Assembly (NCBI RefSeq): GCF_003704095.1
Contig: NW_020847208.1
Span: 248,001 to 312,000, forward strand
DNA from: Pocillopora damicornis
Taxonomy: Eukaryota
Length of the DNA: 64,000 nucleotides
Direction: 5' to 3'
In this document: positions 60,401-64,000 of the stretch, one piece after another
Layout: every line of letters begins with the position of its first letter
Numbering within the stretch: position 1 is the stretch's first letter
Program-made: the position numbers and the translations under genes
Notes under the pieces: model-generated
What the model was told of the DNA's origin: nothing
Database searches by the model: none
Seen by the model: the letters and a program-made list of their open reading frames with translations, nothing else

Positions 60401-63400
60401 CACCTAAAATTTGAAACATATTGAGAAGCATTCCATACTATCGTCACGGGTTGGTACGTAGTTTAGTTTTACCACTGACACGCTGACGGCACGACACGCG
60501 AAGAGGCTGACGAGACGAACAGACGAACTAGCGAGGCAACAAATGAGAGAAAGAAAGATGAAATGAGTATGAAATTGACTAACAACATTGTGTGCCCGCG
60601 ACTTGAGCAAACCAGATACATCTGAAATAAGGCTGAAATGAAACGCAGATAAATTGAAAATTAAATTAGAAAATATAGCCAGCAGCATGTTAGAAGGGTA
60701 TTGCCCTGCATGTTCGATAACTTATTTTATATATCATATCATCGGCATCTTACGTGTGATACCTTTATTCTAATGCATCATTTTATCCTTCAGCTTTATG
60801 ACAACATTTTTTTAAGTGTACGTGTCAACTTTTATTCCTAGCCTTTAAAGATCAAGTCGAAATTGGATTCCTTATCGATGGATCTGAGAGAATAAACAAG
60901 TACGGCCCAGACAATTTCAAAAAGATCTTGGAATTTGTAAAATCCCTCACCAAGCCTTTCGAAATTTCTCCGACTAAGGCAAGAGTTGGAGTAATCGTCA
61001 TGTCGCAGAAAAGTGAATGTAAATGTGACTTTAACAAATCTAAATCAAGGGCAGAAGTAGAGGCAGCCATAGACAACATACCATACCCTAATGCGCAGAC
61101 GTATGATGGTAAGGCGTTGGAAATCGCAGCCGACGAGTTATTCAGTGACGCCAGGGATGGTGTACCTCGTATACTTGTGGTAATTTCAGGGTCATGGATC
61201 GGTAATGATGAATCGGAGACTTCTGGCGAACTTCACCGAGCAGGAGTAAAAATCGTATCTATTGGACTTGGAAAGCACTTTAACCTGGCTCAACTTTATG
61301 TCATGGCGAGTCAAACAAAAGACGATCACGTATTCACAGTCGACTTTCCTCAAATCCCAAATATCGTCTGGGCAATACAGGATACTTTGTATATTGGTTA
61401 GTGCTATTACTCAACATTATCACCCAAAACGCACATTAAACACTCATATTATCGCAGTTTACGAGAAAAACACAATTCAAACCGAGGTAAATTTGAAGTC
61501 CTCATGGCACCATAAAGTGTTTTACAATAAACTCCCCGGTCTTGTTTCTTTTCATAATAATTTTTGGCTTTTTTGTTCCTTTTTAGTCGCTACTAAAGCT
61601 GTCAAGGAAGCACCAAGTAAGTACAGGTTTTGTTCTTGCCGTTTTTCAAACGGTTGGTACATGCATGGAGAGCTATCAAATCACCAAGAAACTTTTCAAA
61701 ACCTAGACTGTTACTACCTTCCTGAAGCCGTAACGAGGCCTACTCATCTTGATACTTGATCAAGTTAATGTACAGTTAAAATGCCAAATAGCAAAATTAT
61801 CATAATTATTCTGTACATAAATTCTGATGACTTGGTAGTGTTTAATCATTTTATCTTTCCATTTTATACCACCAGAGCCAACTACAACAAGCGGTAAGAA
61901 TTATTTTAGTTACTAGAACAGTATTTTTACAGTTTGATATTGTATTTCATTCAATTTTTTATTATTTATTGTCCTCGTTGTTTTTTTCAATGTCTTGTTT
62001 AACTCATGAATAAGATTCTTTTGTACATTTCTTTGTGTTACACTCCATTTTATTCCTTTTATACTCATCATTTACCTCTCTAATCTACCTTTTCGTCTAC
62101 AGCCCCAACAACTACAAACGGTGAGTAGTACCACTTGACTAGTTTTTTTGTTTGTTTGTTTGTTTGTTTGTGGTTCTGACATGCCTTAAAATAATGTTTT
62201 GGTGATGATTAAGTTTGACATATCTCGAATAGAAAGTAACACTCTTATCTTCCCAAATGTAGCACCACAAGTGACAACTCAAGCCAAAACAACAAGTGGT
62301 AAGCAACTGTGTTAATTTTGGATTTTCTGATTAAATTATGCTACTCCATAATATTAACTATGCATTATTTCATCTTCTGCAGCATCTCAAGTAACAACTA
62401 CAAGTGGTACGTCAAATCTGTTAACTTTAATCCCGTTGCCTTTTCATCACTTCATTTCCTTAAATGCTTTCTGTTTTAATCTCATTTACGTTTAAACACG
62501 CACTAACATCATAATCGTTATTATCATTATCATCATCCCTATTTTCCAATTTTGGTCGGGGTTGTTATCGTTTCCAATGTTCTTTTTTTATTCAGCACAA
62601 AAAACTACAAATGGTGAATCAAATATATCAATTTTTGCTGCATTACCTCCCTACAGCACGTAGCTTTCTTATCATTATTATTCGCGCGTTTCTGCCTTTT
62701 TCCTTTTTCGTAAAAAACATTTTTCTCTCTCCAAACACAGCACCTCAAGTCACAACACAAGTAACAACTACAGCTTGCATTTTGTCTTCTCATCATTTGC
62801 CACGCATGTTTTACTCGGCTTAATTAAGTCCCGAGGCTATGTCACCTTATAAAGAACGAAACTGACGATAGTGACCCACATCAATGGCTGTCAATCTCTT
62901 TATACGCATACGCATGCACCGCTTGAACAAAATCCTACAGAAAGTCATTTCAATCCAAGCAAACACATACGATAATGTTTTTCTTATTTATTCAGCACCC
63001 CAAGTCACAACTCAAGTTACAACAACAAGTGGTTTGTATGCCTCGTTTCTTTTGAGCTGGATTTAATCTTACTCGTGTTTTCAGACACAAAAACTGCTCT
63101 TGACTGTCAAATATGGTTCATTTTTGATTAACCTGTTCTCTTTCCAAACACAGCACCACAAGTGACAACTCAAGGAGCGAGTACAAGTGGTGTGTCTTAG
63201 TTTGACGTTTATTCGTTTTCTATAATCATCTGCATCACTCTAACATCTCCTGTGATATTGCCTATGTTCAAAAAACTCTATTTACCCTAAGGGAAGACAC
63301 GCCTGGGGAATGCAAGAAATTCATCGCCGAAATTATATTAGTTATTAAGAATTTCATACGCTGATCGCTGCAACTGGTTTTAATGTCTTGGAAGACTAAC

Positions 63401-64000
63401 ATATCTCTTTCGTTTCTGTTTTTTTTTTTGTTGTTATGTAGTTTTATTTTGCACGTTTTATTGTCATTTGACTTGAAAACATCGTTTTGAAAAAAAATTC
63501 CTCCGCCTTTCCATTCACAGCACCACAAGTGACAACTCCAGGAGCAACTTCAAGTGGTACGTTTAACAAAAACATTCATTTCTTCTCCTTCATAAGCTTT
63601 TTTTAGCTCTTTGTTTGAACAATGTTTATTCATCTCAAATCTCCATCTTTTTTTATGTATTCCTCCATTGCCAACAGCGTCTGGAGGAACAACTACAAAC
63701 GGTAAGTTTAAACTTTGCGGTACTTTAATTTGTAGGCACCTTACCTCAGACTGAAGTTTAGACACCGATTTTTGGATAGCTAACATTTGATTCATATGAT
63801 ATCATTTGCAATCTCTTTCAATTCTCTAGATTTTTCGTTAAATTCTCACAAAGCCATCTTAGAAATTCCTTTTCTTTAATCTTTTCTACAGCACCCTCCA
63901 CAGCCCCCGGAGTATCTACTACAAGCGGTACATGTATACTTTAGTTAGCTTTTATGATTGCATTGTCAGACAGTGCTCACAATTCTAACGTATAGTGAGA
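31104..64000 (+). CDS. Gene F (3'-partial): giant secreted protein with 16 vWA domains, 3 C-type lectin domains and a mucin-like Thr-rich region (over 3,700 aa in window)
   Basis: Signal exon 31104-31188 (MTCILHLLLLWNVFIRCSSG) and basic exon 31605-31778, then five full cassettes, a sixth vWA-A and a Thr-rich micro-exon array. About 66 GT-AG exons, all phase-compatible, with no stop-containing terminal exon found. Confidence 0.85.
32311..37048 (+). CDS. Gene F cassette 1: vWA-A, vWA-B, vWA-C
   Basis: A 32311-32877; micro 33273-33302, 33654-33674; B 33996-34147 + 34356-34731; micro 34977-35018; C 35560-35711 + 36125-36500; micro 37004-37048. Confidence 0.85.
37180..37325. repeat. Imperfect hairpin, MITE-like repeat
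   Basis: catgattt..tgcagtttggt..aaatttttcaaagac pairs with gtctttgaaaaattt..accaaattgca..aatcatg. Confidence 0.6.
37892..43905 (+). CDS. Gene F cassette 2: vWA-A, (CTL decayed), vWA-B, vWA-C
   Basis: A 37892-38446; micro 38979-39008, 39258-39290, 40244-40288; B 40521-40678 + 41176-41551; micro 42063-42104; C 42399-42556 + 43166-43547; micro 43861-43905. Confidence 0.85.
39355..39406. repeat. (AAT)n microsatellite
   Basis: About 17 AAT units; source of the poly-Tyr ORF on the - strand. Confidence 0.97.
39797..39927 (+). pseudogene. Truncated C-type lectin pseudo-exon in cassette 2
   Basis: After a good acceptor it reads ATGDKCFGDCCYLLMKSESLWTENRNSC, aligning with the start of CTL3 (GVGDNCFADSCYMFTKAGKTWPENQDSC). 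Homology then stops and an in-frame TGA occurs at 39925-39927. Confidence 0.75.
39902..39983. mobile_element. Small inverted-repeat-bounded insertion (MITE-like) at the CTL pseudo-exon breakpoint
   Basis: ctttctcacgaccacgggtttt matches the reverse complement of aaaagacgaggtcgcgagagag at 17 of 22 positions. Confidence 0.45.
44028..48681 (+). CDS. Gene F cassette 3: vWA-A, CTL, vWA-B, vWA-C
   Basis: A 44028-44582; micro 44887-44916, 45245-45277; CTL 45351-45725; micro 45846-45890; B 46292-46449 + 46861-47236; micro 47417-47458; C 47552-47709 + 48110-48485; micro 48634-48681. Confidence 0.87.
45351..45725 (+). CDS. C-type lectin domain exon 1
   Basis: CDGSSCYLF..KTWTENQNSC..GGDLISIETEKEWTFI..WHIGL..WQPNEPSG..AYICE; 375 nt, phase 1-1. 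Confidence 0.9.
47815..48035 (-). mobile_element. Degenerate SINE-like repeat (second family)
   Basis: Motifs 'gcttatcccggtttc...cagtccatcacagg...atttatacccatggatgga...aagaacacaaca' resemble a V/CORE-type tRNA SINE body from my recollection; a more decayed opposite-strand relic may lie near 26940-27060. Confidence 0.5.
48998..54303 (+). CDS. Gene F cassette 4: vWA-A, CTL, vWA-B, vWA-C
   Basis: A 48998-49540; micro 49929-49958, 50292-50315; CTL 50497-50865; micro 51203-51247; B 51383-51537 + 51739-52114; micro 52218-52259; C 52718-52866 + 53079-53448; micro 54259-54303. Confidence 0.87.
50497..50865 (+). CDS. C-type lectin domain exon 2
   Basis: CLADSCYMF..WQIGL..WQLNQPSG..AYICE; 369 nt, phase 1-1. 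Confidence 0.9.
54496..60353 (+). CDS. Gene F cassette 5: vWA-A, CTL, vWA-B, vWA-C
   Basis: A 54496-55056; micro 55655-55684, 55990-56010; CTL 56559-56930; micro 57318-57347; B 57778-57938 + 58571-58949; micro 59433-59474; C 59564-59718 + 59837-60212; micro 60306-60353. Confidence 0.87.
56559..56930 (+). CDS. C-type lectin domain exon 3
   Basis: CFADSCYMF..WHIGL..WQTNEPSG..AYICE; 372 nt, phase 1-1. Confidence 0.9.
60842..61616 (+). CDS. Gene F divergent sixth vWA-A exon plus 30-nt linker micro-exon
   Basis: 60842-61396 (QVEIGFLIDGSERIN...) and 61587-61616 (VATKAVKEAP). Confidence 0.87.
61876..63927 (+). CDS. Gene F Thr-rich (mucin-like) micro-exon array
   Basis: Phase-1 micro-exons at 61876-61893, 62103-62120, 62263-62298, 62383-62406, 62596-62613, 62996-63031, 63154-63189, 63521-63556, 63678-63701, 63892-63927. 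They encode APQVTTQxxTTS-type peptides, each with a pyrimidine tract, AG acceptor and GT donor. Confidence 0.8.

Noticed and set aside
61876-63927. CRISPR-like repeat/spacer pattern
   Set aside because: Units vary in length and sequence, are bounded by AG/GT with pyrimidine tracts, and lie in a eukaryotic gene with no cas genes; they are micro-exons.

Overview
Eukaryotic, intron-rich, AT-rich genomic DNA, most likely from a cnidarian and probably a stony coral (inferred from ShKT, vWA and Cys/Pro-rich secreted proteins and the repeat content). All coding signal I can support is on the + strand. Hand-splicing on GT-AG sites gives six tandem genes for putative secreted proteins. Genes A-E (1-29517) have very different bodies: a multi-vWA protein, a poly-Cys/poly-Pro protein, a short precursor, a vWA plus low-complexity protein, and a low-complexity-only protein. 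All five carry the same 130-nt, phase 1-to-2 penultimate exon encoding an ShKT-like domain with spacing C-x6-C-x8-C-x15-C-x3-C-x2-C. Gene F (31104 to beyond 64000) encodes over 3,700 aa in the window. It is built from a repeated cassette [vWA-A, optional C-type lectin, vWA-B, vWA-C] giving 16 vWA and 3 CTL domains plus one decayed CTL exon, joined by phase-1 micro-exons and followed by an array of 18-36 nt Thr-rich micro-exons. Introns hold tRNA-derived SINE-like repeats, MITE-like elements, a near-perfect 178-bp palindrome, microsatellites and a 10-N gap. All gene models are manual predictions with no transcript support.
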